The notes beneath the pieces were generated by a model that worked only from the letters and a program-made list of their open reading frames with translations, ran no database searches and was not told the DNA's origin. Of a DNA stretch of 64,000 nucleotides, positions 50,717 to 59,811 are shown piece by piece (within the stretch, counting starts at the first letter, position 1; every line of letters begins with the position of its first letter). Origin of the DNA: an uncultured Planctomycetota bacterium (GTDB lineage Bacteria > Planctomycetota > Planctomycetia > Pirellulales > Lacipirellulaceae); the NCBI GenBank assembly GCA_963719315.1, contig CAVRBU010000004.1, forward strand, positions 192,001-256,000. Direction: 5' to 3'. A program made the position numbers and the translations under genes.

Positions 50717-53344
50717 TTACTGCGTTTTCGCTTCGAACATTGGGTTGTGCCGATCGCCGCGCGAGAGCAGAAACGCCATCAAATCGAGCAGCTCGTCTTC
50801 ATGCAGCGTGTTGAGCAGCCCGGCAGGCATCATTGATGTCTTCGAGGGCTCCATCGATTCGATCTCGTCGCGATTAACCGTCACCGTCGCGTTGGGGTCT
50901 TGCATGTTGGTGTTCACCGTAATGTCGTCGCCCTCGTAATTGGTGACGCGACCAACCACAGTTTTGCCCGCTGTGGTGGTAATCACCGAAGCGGCGTATT
51001 GATCGCTAATGACTTTGTCGGGGTCGAGCACCGATTCCAGAATATCGCGCGCGCTGAATCGACCGGCCAGACCGGTAAGATCGGGGCCGACCGCCCCGCC
51101 GTCGCCAGCGAAGTGGTGGCAGGCATAGCAATTGGCCGCGGCGAATATCGCCTTGCCATGTTCGAAGTTGCGGTCTTTCAACTTTGCCGCGACGAGCGGA
51201 GCCACTTCGTCCATCTTCCATTCTTTCACAAACGGCCGATTCATGGCAGCCACATTGTTAGCCTGCTTTGTAGCCTTGGCATTAATGATATCGCCGAGCG
51301 ACTTGCGATCGCTCTTCGACGTGTCGGCGAGGCAATCGGCGCGTAGCTCCTGAATGAACCCTGGAAAATTATTTCCGCCGCGGTATGACTGCGCTTGCAG
51401 AAACCACTTGAACAACTCGCGATGCAGTTCGAGCGTCCAGCCGGTTTTGAGGAAACGGAGCGACCTTATGAGTTCGATCTGGGCTTCTTGTTCCGGCGCG
51501 GCGGCCAGCAACTGCATGCCCTTTGCCGCCGCGGAAGGCGCCTGCAAATAGCACAGCAACTCCGTGAGCATGGCATTTGCGCGGCGGTCGTTTGCCGGGT
51601 AGAGAGCATCGAGTCGGGCGATGAGTTTACCGCGCACGGCCTCGTCGGGTGGGCCTAGGCGATAAAGTGCCAACTCGTACACGCGGAGTAGCTCGAGCCG
51701 TTGTTCCACGGAAAGCTTGGACCAATCCAGCTCGGCTAGCGCGGCGAAAACGGAAGATTGTAGTTGATTTCGCTGCGCATCGTTCGCCGGAAAAGTCGGA
51801 GGTGGCGTATCGAGATCGGGACCATGCGGATGATACGATCGCGGCGACAATCGGACCAGCGCTAGCAACGCCGTCAACGCGGTTTGTGGATCGGTTTCAG
51901 AAAGCGCGCGCTCGTGCCACGTTTCCATTGGCCGGTGCTCGATCGCCGTGCGGGCCGCATTGCGAATGAATCGATCCGGATCTCCCAAATGGGGCCACGC
52001 TTTTTCCACGGCTTCCGGGTGATCGCCAATGAGCAGCGCTTCGAGTTCGTGACGAATCGCTCGTTGCTTGCCGTTCGCCTGGTGCCCATCCGCCGGAGCC
52101 GTCGATTCCTTTCCTGAATACGTCAAGCGATACAGCCCAGATTGCGTTTTGCGGCCACCAATCAGAAAATACATCGCGCCATCGTGCGGATTGATGATCG
52201 CATCGGTCAGCGGCAGCGGAGTCGCCGACATGAACTCTTCGGCGGAGCCAGTGTACGAGGAGCCCTCCGGTTGAAGATGCACGGCGTACATTTTTCCATA
52301 CGTCCAATCGCAAATGAACAGCGCGTTCTGGTACTTGGCCGGAAACTTCGCGCCGTATCCGAACGTAATACCGGTCGGCGAGCCCAGGCCGATGTTCACC
52401 ACGGGCGGCAATGTATCGGCGAAGTAAACGGGCCATTTGGCGCTCCCATTGCGCCAGCCCCAGTCGGTGCCGCTCACGGCGTGGCACGCGCGCGTAGGGC
52501 GATACCAGGGCGTGCCGATGTCCCATTCCATGTCCGCATCGTAAGTGAACAGCTCGCCATCGGCATTGAATGCGATATCGAACGGGTTACGGAATCCGAC
52601 GGTGATACACTCCCAATCTTTGCCATCGGGATCGATCTTATAGATCGCGCCGCCCGGCGCGGGCACGCCGCGCATGAAGCCGACGCCGTATATTCGCGGC
52701 AACAATTGGTCTTCGTCCCAAATTTCCGGAACGCGCGAGGCGGCGCCCTTCATCGGGCGGCAGTTGTCTCCGCACACAACATACAACGATTTTCCGTCCG
52801 GCGCCGACAGAATCGCGTGCGGGCCGTGTTCGCCATCTCCATCCACATGTCGCAAAAACTCCACGAAATCGAGTTGGTCATCGCCGTTTGTATCGCGCAC
52901 GCGATACAAGCCGTTTTTGTTGCGATCGCGACCGTTGATCATTACATACAGGCTATCGAATGCCCACAGCAGGCCTTGGGCGCCTTCCACCTTGGCGGGG
53001 ATTTTTTCCACTTGAAGTTTTTTATCAGAGCCAGGCGATGCCAACGTGATTCGATACAAACCGCCGTACTGGTCGCTCACAATTAATCGCCCTTTGGGGT
53101 CGTAGCACAGGTTGACCCAAGAGCCTTCTTCGCCCTTGGGAACGGAATGTAGTAGTTCGACGTTGAACCCTTCGGGCACATGAATCTGTTCCGCCGGCGT
53201 GGCGGCCGAGGCCACGTCGAATTTTGGGGTTGCAATTTTGGTCACTTTCGATTCTGCGCCACCCGTCGCGAGTGAGACGGAAAACAACAGCGTAATCAGC
53301 AGGGCAATCTTTCGTAAAATCATTTCGAGCCTTCCTGAAGACAT
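50717..53344 (-). CDS. PVC-type membrane-bound dehydrogenase-like protein: beta-propeller + HEAT repeats + c-type heme domain
   Basis: GEHGPH, GFRNPFD, YDADMEWD.G.PWYRPTR, GSPTG, CYACH, GPDLT, SMMPAGL. Confidence 0.9.
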   Translation of the reverse strand: MSSGRLEMILRKIALLITLLFSVSLATGGAESKVTKIATPKFDVASAATPAEQIHVPEGFNVELLHSVPKGEEGSWVNLCYDPKGRLIVSDQYGGLYRITLASPGSDKKLQVEKIPAKVEGAQGLLWAFDSLYVMINGRDRNKNGLYRVRDTNGDDQLDFVEFLRHVDGDGEHGPHAILSAPDGKSLYVVCGDNCRPMKGAASRVPEIWDEDQLLPRIYGVGFMRGVPAPGGAIYKIDPDGKDWECITVGFRNPFDIAFNADGELFTYDADMEWDIGTPWYRPTRACHAVSGTDWGWRNGSAKWPVYFADTLPPVVNIGLGSPTGITFGYGAKFPAKYQNALFICDWTYGKMYAVHLQPEGSSYTGSAEEFMSATPLPLTDAIINPHDGAMYFLIGGRKTQSGLYRLTYSGKESTAPADGHQANGKQRAIRHELEALLIGDHPEAVEKAWPHLGDPDRFIRNAARTAIEHRPMETWHERALSETDPQTALTALLALVRLSPRSYHPHGPDLDTPPPTFPANDAQRNQLQSSVFAALAELDWSKLSVEQRLELLRVYELALYRLGPPDEAVRGKLIARLDALYPANDRRANAMLTELLCYLQAPSAAAKGMQLLAAAPEQEAQIELIRSLRFLKTGWTLELHRELFKWFLQAQSYRGGNNFPGFIQELRADCLADTSKSDRKSLGDIINAKATKQANNVAAMNRPFVKEWKMDEVAPLVAAKLKDRNFEHGKAIFAAANCYACHHFAGDGGAVGPDLTGLAGRFSARDILESVLDPDKVISDQYAASVITTTAGKTVVGRVTNYEGDDITVNTNMQDPNATVTVNRDEIESMEPSKTSMMPAGLLNTLHEDELLDLMAFLLSRGDRHNPMFEAKTQ

Positions 53345-53623
53345 ATTGGACTAAACGGCCGCCGCCTGGATCACCGTTTCCGCAGATGTTTGCAGAACAT
53401 GCGGCGAGCATGTAGCAAACGCCACGGCAAATCTGCTCAATCAGAAGAGCGCCGACAACGGCTGGGGCAGGCATCAATTGGAGGGAACTTTCTTCACGTC
53501 ATTCAGCATAGCATGCAAACCAGCGATTTCCCATAATTGATCGTCTCCCCAAAACGATTTCATGATGACGAGCGGATTTGCACCGAGCACGCCGTTTCCG
53601 CCCGAATGTGAAAGCACTTATCA

Positions 53624-54793
53624 ATGAACATGCTGCCAATCTCGAGCACAACTGGCGTGCTGGCCGTACTCAGCGGCGTATGTGCATTCTTCTTCTGGCT
53701 CGAGAAGGCATCGGCCTGGCGACTCTTTCAATATCTGCCGCCGTTGATCTTCATTTATCTCGTGCCGATTATCTTGACGAATCGGCACGTGCTGCCGCCC
53801 AAGTCCAACGCCTACGACACGATCCAAAACCTGCTATTGCCGATGATGCTCGTGCTGTTGCTAGTCAACGTGAACGTGAGGGGCGCATTTCGTGTCATGG
53901 GGCGGGGCATCGGCGTGATGCTGTTCGGATCCCTGGGAGTGATGGTCGGCGCGCCCGTGGGTTTGCTGGCCGTTCGGCATTGGTTGGGGCCCGATGCATG
54001 GAAAGCGTACGGCAGCTTGTCTGGAAGTTGGATTGGCGGAACCGGCAATCTGGCCGCGGTGAGCAAGATGCTCGACACATCCGGCGCAGAAACTGGCTTG
54101 GCCGTGCTCGCAGATTCGGTGATTTACTCGCTCTGGCTCCCCATCTTGCTTCTCTCGAAGAGATACGCCGACGGGTTCGCCCGGTTTACGGGAGTCGAAG
54201 TCGAGCGGGTTGAACAGATGAACGTCGCTGCCCAGATGGAGCATCGCGAACGCCGCGCGCCGGAGATGCCCGACTACCTGTTTCTGATTTGCATCGCGCT
54301 CGTGTCGACCTGGTTTGCCGATTCGTTGGCAACCTGGTTGCCCGCCAAGGAACCGTTCCTAACCGTCTCCACTTGGCAGATTCTATTGGTTACGACGCTC
54401 GGCATCATGCTGTCGTTCACACCGATGCGGCACATACCCGGCAGCCAGGAATTAGGAATGGCGCTCGTATTCTTGTTTGTGGCGAAGATGGGCGCCACGG
54501 CCGATCTTTCGAGCGTCGCGGAACAGGCGCTCCCGTTCTTGGGCGGCGCGCTGATTATGATATCCATTCACGGCCTCTTCTGCCTGCTAGGGGCGAAACT
54601 GTTTCGCTCCGATATCCACACGGCAGCCATTGCCAGCGCGGCCAACGTCGGCGGGGCCGCTTCCGCCTCGATCGTGGCGTCTTACCACCAGCCCGCTTTG
54701 GTGCCCGCCGCAATTCTGATGGCACTCATCGGTTACGCAATTGGCAACTATTGCGGCTACCTGACGGCAATCGTTTGCCGGCTGGTGATGTAG
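53624..54793 (+). CDS. DUF819 family membrane protein (putative transporter)
   Basis: GSWIGGTGNLAAV and ASAANVGG re-entrant motifs, GYAIGNY, about 10 TM helices. Confidence 0.85.
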   Translation: MNMLPISSTTGVLAVLSGVCAFFFWLEKASAWRLFQYLPPLIFIYLVPIILTNRHVLPPKSNAYDTIQNLLLPMMLVLLLVNVNVRGAFRVMGRGIGVMLFGSLGVMVGAPVGLLAVRHWLGPDAWKAYGSLSGSWIGGTGNLAAVSKMLDTSGAETGLAVLADSVIYSLWLPILLLSKRYADGFARFTGVEVERVEQMNVAAQMEHRERRAPEMPDYLFLICIALVSTWFADSLATWLPAKEPFLTVSTWQILLVTTLGIMLSFTPMRHIPGSQELGMALVFLFVAKMGATADLSSVAEQALPFLGGALIMISIHGLFCLLGAKLFRSDIHTAAIASAANVGGAASASIVASYHQPALVPAAILMALIGYAIGNYCGYLTAIVCRLVM

Positions 54794-54818
54794 CGACGAA
54801 ACCAACGCGCTGTTGCGC

Positions 54819-55997
54819 CTAGTCCAACAGCCGCTTGGCGAATGCAAACGCCGCATGGCGGCCTGCATCGTAGTCTGGATCCTTGGGATTGAAGCTGCTG
54901 ATCCGTACGGTCGGCATCACGGCTTGAAGATAGCGGCCGTCGCCCAGGTAAATTGCGGTGTGGCGGATTTTGCCGTCGGCGCCCAGGAAATACAGCGTAT
55001 CGCCGCGGCGCATACCGGCGGTGTGCCAGCGCGTGGCCGTCAATTGGCCCAAGTAGAACTGTTGGTAGGCGTCGCGCGGCAGGTGCAAGCCGGCCGCGGC
55101 GTAGCTCATTTGCACTAGTCCCGAGCAGTCGATGCCCTCCGACGTGCGGCCGCCCCAGAAGTAAGGCGTGCCGATTAACCGCTTGCCTGTGGCGATGATC
55201 TCGTCGATCTCGACCTCGGGCGTCCCGCACACTTTGCAAGATGCAGCCGGCAGCTTCACCGTTTCGCCAGCCGGCAACGCGGCCGTCACGGTGTCGCCAT
55301 CCGTGCTGATCCATTTAAGCCGAGCCCCAGCCGGGATCGCAGGATGGCCGCTCTCGGCTTGATTCGCGGTAACAAGCACACGGGGGCCGCTGATGTAATT
55401 AGAGAAATCCACTTCCTCCGCGCGCATCACATCACTGCTGGGAACATAGGCCAGATATCCTTCGCCGCTGTGTGCGAGCAGATGTCCATTCTCTTCGCGC
55501 AGCAACAACAGCGGTTCGCCGATGAGGCAATCGTTTTCCTGCTTACAACGTCCGCTCGGTCGATCGAAGGCGTAGCTGTGCGATGCCTTTACGAGTCCAA
55601 ACCTCTCCTTACCAAGACCGCTGGCAGGCAAGGATTCCAAACGATCATCGACTTGGAAGCCCAATATTTTCAAAAACCCAATAAGGGCGACACGCGTCTC
55701 GGGAAATTCGACGAAGCCTTGCAATTCAACATCCATCTCACAACCAGACTTGGCCTTCACGTCGAAGGCACAAATACGGCTGTCGTTACCCAACTCGCGC
55801 GAAAAGAAGTTGATGTACTGCGGCAACCGCTCGGGGCGGCCCGCCAAATCAGGTTCGATCTTCGCTGCGATCCGCCGCAGATCACCTGGCTCGGCCGGTT
55901 CGGCGGTTGCAGGCGCGCTAATTTCGGCGGCGTGCCCGACAGCTATAACCACAAAGGGCAGGACAAGTGATACAAACGCGCGCCAGTTACGAATCAT
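54819..55997 (-). CDS. Secreted NlpC/P60 (C40) peptidase, YkfC/dipeptidyl-peptidase VI-like
   Basis: Signal peptide, SH3-like middle region, PYFWGG, DCSGL, LPRDAYQQ, GDTLYF, HTAIYLG. Confidence 0.9.
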   Translation of the reverse strand: MIRNWRAFVSLVLPFVVIAVGHAAEISAPATAEPAEPGDLRRIAAKIEPDLAGRPERLPQYINFFSRELGNDSRICAFDVKAKSGCEMDVELQGFVEFPETRVALIGFLKILGFQVDDRLESLPASGLGKERFGLVKASHSYAFDRPSGRCKQENDCLIGEPLLLLREENGHLLAHSGEGYLAYVPSSDVMRAEEVDFSNYISGPRVLVTANQAESGHPAIPAGARLKWISTDGDTVTAALPAGETVKLPAASCKVCGTPEVEIDEIIATGKRLIGTPYFWGGRTSEGIDCSGLVQMSYAAAGLHLPRDAYQQFYLGQLTATRWHTAGMRRGDTLYFLGADGKIRHTAIYLGDGRYLQAVMPTVRISSFNPKDPDYDAGRHAAFAFAKRLLD

Positions 55998-56300
55998 TGC
56001 TGCGTCTCAAGTGTTCTTAATTTACGTCAGGCGATGAAGCCTGAGCGGTGGTCGGTTTCCGCAAGCATTCATGCTAGAGAACCTGAAGTACGGCCCGCTC
56101 CGCGGATACGTCAATGTAACGTACGATTTGGTGAAATGTCATTAAATCAAGCACTCTGCCGGATCGCAAGTTGGCCATCGGCGCCAACGCGGCTGAAAAT
56201 GTTTGACCCCGCGCGCCACGCTTCCTATATTCGGGGTCCGCGGGATAGCCGGCTTACTAGGCGGTTGTCGCAAGTCATCCGAAGTGACACACAGGATTTT

Positions 56301-57335
56301 ATGTCAATCATTGAGACAGAAACGCGTGCCCGCCCCGTGCGTCGACCAGCGCCCGAACGCATTTCAGTCGATTATCATCTGCACGACGAATCGCACCAAT
56401 CCGTTGAACCCAGCGGCCGTTTGCTGCCGCGCCCGCAAATGGTCGATGGCAAGAGCCGGTTCATTTGGCCATACATTATCGGCATCGCGCTGTTTCATTT
56501 GCTGATTCCACTGGCGCTTCTCTCTTACGTCTTCAGTTGGTGGGGAGTGGTCTGGCTGCCGGTCGGGAATTACATTTTTTGTTCGATGGGGATCGGCGCC
56601 GGATACCATCGGCTGCTCACGCACCGCGGGTATAAATGCCCGTTGTGGTTCGAGCACCTGCTGGCAATATTGGGCGTGTGCAACTTGCAGGAGTCTCCCG
56701 CCCGATGGGTCGTCGTTCATCGGTTACATCATCAACACTCGGACCATAGGCCGGACCCGCACACACCGCAAGTAAGCTGGTTCTGGAGTCATGTCGGCTG
56801 GTTGTTCATCGAGAATCGCGAAACGACGAGCGCCGAAACGTATCACAAGTATGCCGGCGATATTCTCAGCGATCGGTTCTACATGGAGCTCGAACGTAAC
56901 TTGATGTACTTTTGGGTCTTCGTGATTCAAGCGGTGTTGTTTTTCGTCGGCGGTTTGGCGGTCGGATATTTGTTCAAGGGCGACTTTGCGGGTAGCTTGC
57001 AGGTGGGCGTGCAATGGCTGTTGTGGGGCGTCGTTTATCGCACCATCTTTACGTGGCAAGTAACGTGGGGCGTCAATTCGGCCGCCCATCTGTGGGGATA
57101 CCGCAACTACGACACACGCGAAAATAGCCGCAACAACTGGCTGATCGCGCTCGGTACGAACGGCGAGGGATGGCACAACAATCACCACGCCGACCCGCGT
57201 GCCGCTCAACACGGCCACCGTTGGTGGGAAATTGATATTACGTATCTCACCATTTGCCTATGGGAGCGGGTAGGCCTGGCATGGGATGTGCTGCGCCCCA
57301 ACCAATCGCTGCTCGAACGCCGCAAGAAGGCGTAG
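56301..57335 (+). CDS. Membrane acyl-CoA/acyl-lipid Delta-9 type desaturase
   Basis: His boxes HRLLTH, HRLHH, GEGWHNNHH; VNSAAH. Confidence 0.93.
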   Translation: MSIIETETRARPVRRPAPERISVDYHLHDESHQSVEPSGRLLPRPQMVDGKSRFIWPYIIGIALFHLLIPLALLSYVFSWWGVVWLPVGNYIFCSMGIGAGYHRLLTHRGYKCPLWFEHLLAILGVCNLQESPARWVVVHRLHHQHSDHRPDPHTPQVSWFWSHVGWLFIENRETTSAETYHKYAGDILSDRFYMELERNLMYFWVFVIQAVLFFVGGLAVGYLFKGDFAGSLQVGVQWLLWGVVYRTIFTWQVTWGVNSAAHLWGYRNYDTRENSRNNWLIALGTNGEGWHNNHHADPRAAQHGHRWWEIDITYLTICLWERVGLAWDVLRPNQSLLERRKKA

Positions 57336-57373
57336 CAATCGCTCCTCTGGCACTTAGCATACACCAATGCATG

Positions 57374-57407
57374 GGGTGCCTGGGGTCGAGCCGCAGGCGA
57401 GCCCCCA
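57374..57407. repeat. REP-like single arm (copy 3)
   Basis: GGGTGCCTGGGGTCGAGCCGCAGGCGAGCCCCCA between convergent stops. Confidence 0.75.
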
Positions 57408-57430
57408 GTGGAGCTGCGAACGTGTGTTCT

Positions 57431-58564
57431 CTACGGCACCGCCTGAAACACGATACAAATCGGCGCCGGCGAATTCACGATCTTGTCGCTGAACACCAGC
57501 CCGCCAGCTTTCGGATCGACGCGAAATACGGCAATGGTGTTCGAATCGCGCCCGGCCGCGAGCAGCCACCTTCCGCCCGGATCGAGATTGACGCTTCGCG
57601 GGTGACTGCCGCGAATCGGCTCGCGTTCGATGAATGTCAGCCGACCGGTATCCGAATCAACCCGAAACGCCGAAACTGAATCGTGCCCGCGCGTCGAGGC
57701 ATATAGAAACTCGCCGGTCGGATGAATGCAGATTTCTGCCGCTGTGCTCAATACTTCGCGCATCTCTTCCGGCAGCGAATCGATCGTTTGAATGGGCGTC
57801 AAAGTGCCGGTAGAATCGTCGTAGTCAAATACCGTAACTGAAACGCCTAACTCATTGACCGCATACGCAAACCGACCGTTCGGATGAAACACAAAATGTC
57901 GCGGCCCACTGCCGGGCGGGCAACTACCGTGTCCGTGGGGCTTGAGCGTACCGGCAGCGAGGTCCATTGCGTAAATCACAATCTGGTCGCTACCCAAGTC
58001 CGGTACGAACAGATACTTATTGGCCGGGTCGGTGCCAACCCAATGCGGGTGCGGCCCTTCTTGTCGCTCGTGGTTCGGACCCGAGCCCGAGTGATGCACA
58101 AGTGCCGAGCGCGGCTGGATGCGGCCGCTCGCGTCGAGCGGAAACGCCGCCACAGTGCCGGTGCCGTACTGGGCAGTGAACAAGCAGCGGCCAGATCGAT
58201 CGGTCGCCAAGTGACAAGCTCCGCCATCGCCTATCGGTTCGCTGTTCACAAATCGAAGCGTGCGCATGTCGTCGGAAATTTCAAACGCCGCGACACCAGG
58301 ATTGCCGTCGGCCAGTTGGCAGGCAGCATAGAGCCGTTTACCGTTGGGATGAAGGGCCAAGAATTCCGGAGCACCTATTTCAGCCGCGAGTGTGGGCTTG
58401 CTGAGGGCGCCCGTTTCCGTATCCAGCGTGGCCCGGTAAATACCTTGACGCTCCCCGTGTGCCGGCGCGCTCATTCCGATCCAAACCGCCGTTTCTGCGG
58501 CGAATGATTCATTCCCAAACTGCAACACCAACAATAGCGCCAACGCGAGCGTGACAAAACGCAT
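57431..58564 (-). CDS. Secreted 7-bladed lactonase (6-phosphogluconolactonase YbhE/Pgl family)
   Basis: Signal peptide, RQEGPHPH, PDLGSD, GSGPRH, NEL, STRGHDS, HPRS. Confidence 0.9.
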   Translation of the reverse strand: MRFVTLALALLLVLQFGNESFAAETAVWIGMSAPAHGERQGIYRATLDTETGALSKPTLAAEIGAPEFLALHPNGKRLYAACQLADGNPGVAAFEISDDMRTLRFVNSEPIGDGGACHLATDRSGRCLFTAQYGTGTVAAFPLDASGRIQPRSALVHHSGSGPNHERQEGPHPHWVGTDPANKYLFVPDLGSDQIVIYAMDLAAGTLKPHGHGSCPPGSGPRHFVFHPNGRFAYAVNELGVSVTVFDYDDSTGTLTPIQTIDSLPEEMREVLSTAAEICIHPTGEFLYASTRGHDSVSAFRVDSDTGRLTFIEREPIRGSHPRSVNLDPGGRWLLAAGRDSNTIAVFRVDPKAGGLVFSDKIVNSPAPICIVFQAVP

Positions 58565-58686
58565 GATTATCTTCCTACTTGATTCAGACTCAAACCGCGC
58601 AACCGAACGTATAGCATAACGCGGATTGGCGAACTCTGCCGGCTACGTTCCTGTCCGAGCCGCCACTTTTCGGTACAATCCATGAA

Positions 58687-59730
58687 ATGACAATGACTGA
58701 ATCGATCCCTGAAAAAATGCGCACTGTGGTGCTCGAAGAGTACCACGCAGAGCTTGCCGAAGCGATCGGCGGGCTGAATGTGCAAAATCGCCCGACTCCG
58801 GCGCCGCGGCGCGGCCAGGTGCTCGTTCGCATCGAGGCGGCGACCTGCAATCCTTCGGACTTGCTTTTTTTGCAGGGCAAATACGGCACTTCGAAAACGC
58901 TGCCCACCGTTCCAGGTTGGGAAGGGGCCGGCACGGTCGTCGCGAGCGGCGGCGGATTGCACGCGCGGTGGCTCGTCGGCAAGCGCGTGGCATGTGCCCT
59001 GCAGCACGACCGCGACGGCACCTGGGCCGAGTATTTCGCCGCCAACGCGCGCGATTGCGTTCCGCTGAAGCCGGCCATGCCGATCGAGCAAGCCGCCGGC
59101 TTCATCATCAATCCGTTCACCGCTCTCGCGCTGTTGCATACTGCCCGCAGGGCAGGGCACGCCGCGGCTGTCCACACCGCGGGCGCGAGTCAGTTAGGCC
59201 GAATGATGCTTACCATCGCGGCTGACATGAACTTCCCGCTCATCCACATGGTCCGCCGCGACGCGCAAGCGGATTTGCTCAAATCGCGCGGCGCGAAATT
59301 TGTAATCAACACGTCGCGAGACGGTTTTGCCGAAGAGCTCAAAACGCTGTCGGCGGCGTTGCGGGCGACGGCCGCCTTCGAGGCCATCGCCGGCGATATG
59401 ACCGGCATCGTTCTGAACGCCATGCCCCCCGAATCGACCGTGTACCTTTACGGCGCACTCTCGGAAGCACCGTGCAGCGGCATCGATCCGATCGAGATCG
59501 TATTCCACAAAAAATCGCTCACCGGCTTTTTCTTAGGAAACTGGATGCGAAAACGCGGCCTTATCGGCGTTATCCGCGCTGCGGACAAGGTACAGCGGCT
59601 GTTCATCGATGGGAGGATTGAAACCACGATCCAGCGACGGATTAGTTTGGACGAAGTAGCTTACGGATTGCAGGAGTATGTCTCCAACATGACGGATGGA
59701 AAAGTGCTTATCCTGCCGCAACGGCCGTAG
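58687..59730 (+). CDS. Medium-chain reductase (MDR), NADPH:quinone oxidoreductase-like
   Basis: CNPSD, PGWEGAG, GTWAEY, INPFTA, GASQLG, GKVLI. Confidence 0.88.
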   Translation: MTMTESIPEKMRTVVLEEYHAELAEAIGGLNVQNRPTPAPRRGQVLVRIEAATCNPSDLLFLQGKYGTSKTLPTVPGWEGAGTVVASGGGLHARWLVGKRVACALQHDRDGTWAEYFAANARDCVPLKPAMPIEQAAGFIINPFTALALLHTARRAGHAAAVHTAGASQLGRMMLTIAADMNFPLIHMVRRDAQADLLKSRGAKFVINTSRDGFAEELKTLSAALRATAAFEAIAGDMTGIVLNAMPPESTVYLYGALSEAPCSGIDPIEIVFHKKSLTGFFLGNWMRKRGLIGVIRAADKVQRLFIDGRIETTIQRRISLDEVAYGLQEYVSNMTDGKVLILPQRP

Positions 59731-59811
59731 CGGAATTCGCAAGAATACCGATTTCTGACAATGTCGATCTGAGGTCTTGCGACCTCAGCTTCAGCTTTGA
59801 AGAGTCCAGTT

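Noticed and set aside
59769..59788. Hairpin CTGAGGTC-TTGC-GACCTCAG as an intrinsic terminator
   Set aside because: No clear U-tract, and it lies just upstream of the co-oriented rlmKL start.
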